DNA of 63,755 nt, counting the filler, from Squatina squatina (taxonomy: Eukaryota), in assembly GCA_031763465.1 (NCBI GenBank). It is 4 parts of 4 records of this genome, joined end to end, with 100 filler letters (N's around TTAATTAATTAA, not from the genome) between each part and the next. Parts side by side here need not be neighbours in the genome. Positions count along the whole stretch, not along the records: positions 47,797 to 63,755 come from JARFOE010000001.1; 3 more parts are not named here. One strand, written 5' to 3'. Shown here in pieces: positions 62,598 to 63,755 of the stretch (the first letter of the stretch is position 1; each line of letters starts with the position of its first letter). The notes beneath the pieces were generated by a model. The model was not told the origin of the DNA. It made no database searches and saw nothing but the letters and a program-made list of their open reading frames with translations. Position numbers and translations under genes: made by a program.

Positions 62598-63755
62598 GGG
62601 CGCTCAATTGGTCTTTTCTAAGTTTGTAGCGCTATGGGACCAAAATCTATAATTTTAGCGCCCATTTAACGCTAATCCTTTAAAGTTGTTGAATTGGAGT
62701 CTTTGAAAAGAAAGTTCTGGCAGCTTAAAAATCATGCTATTTTGAGCGCTAATCAGTTCCTCATGGGCGCTAATTCACTTCGACACATTTCAGCAGGCCA
62801 ATTGCACAAATGATCTAATGGCACCAACTCTCAACCCAGCTTAGCCCATAAAGGTGCTCGTTTTTCAAACACTGTTTTGGTTAGTGCAGGAAGCCTCTGT
62901 CAGAATCAGTCCTGTATCGTGTGTGTGAGTTTTTGTGGTGTCTGCCTGAGAGTCACCCATGGCAGCTGAGTTGTCGAGGAGGGCAAGAGCCCGAATGTTC
63001 TCTGAGCCAGGCCTTGAGACGCTGGTCTCAGCTGTGGCCAGAAGGGCGCGAACCCTATTTGCACATGCTGGAAGAAGGGGAAGCGCAAGCATGGTACGCC
63101 GTTCCTGGAGTGAGGTCGCGTCGGAAGTGTCAGCCACTGATGTGGCACCAAGGAGTGGCACATAGTGCCGCAAGAAACTTAACGACCTCACATGGATTGT
63201 CAGGGTGAGTGTGACTCTTTAAGTAATTGGCGCATCATTACTAAGACTCTCATTTGCATAGTGCCATAGTAATGATATAGTTTAGGATGTGCTTATAGTA
63301 CAAGCCTGCATAATCGCACCCACTGTCCATTACACACCTCCTGCCAATGGTATAAGGTGGCCACTTGAATGCGAAGGGTAGGGATTAATGCAATTGTCCT
63401 TGTACACGCAGGTGAGACTCGTATCCATCAAGGCCAATCGTAACAGGGCCGGTGCACAACTGGGGGACATGGTGGAGCTAACTCAGACAGATGTGGCCCA
63501 CATCATCGGGGAGGATACGGGAGAGCCTGTGGTCAGGGGGGGTGTCGTTATGCCCCCTGAAGATGAAGGTGAGTAAGACCACAGTGACTTGCTCTTTGCC
63601 CTGTTCCCATCAAGAAGTGAGGTGTGCTGCTCTGCAGTCTTGACCTCACACCTTATCTTTATGTCCCTTTTATTCCATTGTGTCTTGCAGACATTGTGTC
63701 CTTTCCTGAAGTTCCAGGGTTTCCAAATTTGGCCACGCTCTCCTCAGAAGCCTTG
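62598..63755 (+). mobile_element. PIF/Harbinger DNA transposon, left part, extends past the window end
   Basis: GGGCGCTCAATTGG terminus followed, about 360 bp in, by a spliced Myb/SANT-like gene. Confidence 0.8.
62959..63755 (+). pseudogene. Harbinger Myb/SANT-like DNA-binding protein gene; exons 62959-63204, 63412-63568 and 63691-end
   Basis: MAAELSRRARARMFSEPGLETLVSAV...WSEVASEV...PRSGT*CRKKLNDL (TAG in place of the usual Gln). GTGAGT donors and CAG acceptors, with the frame preserved across all three exons. Confidence 0.82.

Overview
Vertebrate nuclear DNA, very probably from a cartilaginous fish (shark). This rests on the CR1/L2/Tx1 LINEs, Deu-domain SINEs and Harbinger-type elements. 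The window is not contiguous: it is about 50 short contigs joined by 100-N spacers, three of which carry an artificial TTAATTAATTAA linker (13205, 35139, 47741), so distances and orientations across gaps are unreliable. Recognisable exons: MAP3K4 (1); organic cation transporters, SLC22A2-like (4) and SLC22A3-like (1); IGF2R (5, including the transmembrane and terminal exons); a partial SLC22A15-like exon fused to a 24-bp satellite; the terminal exon of a KCNJ3/GIRK1-type channel; SPOCK3 (2); and a spliced Harbinger Myb/SANT gene with one nonsense codon. The most interesting signal is a Tx1-clade retrotransposon. Two separate insertion sites share the 3' junction AAAAGA|GTAACTGG and a ~16-bp flanking direct repeat. 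One sits in the promoter arm of a Harbinger DNA transposon and the other forms a tandem repeat-element-repeat-element array, which suggests a sequence-specific element that may regenerate its own target. Gene and family names come from recalled motifs, not database searches.
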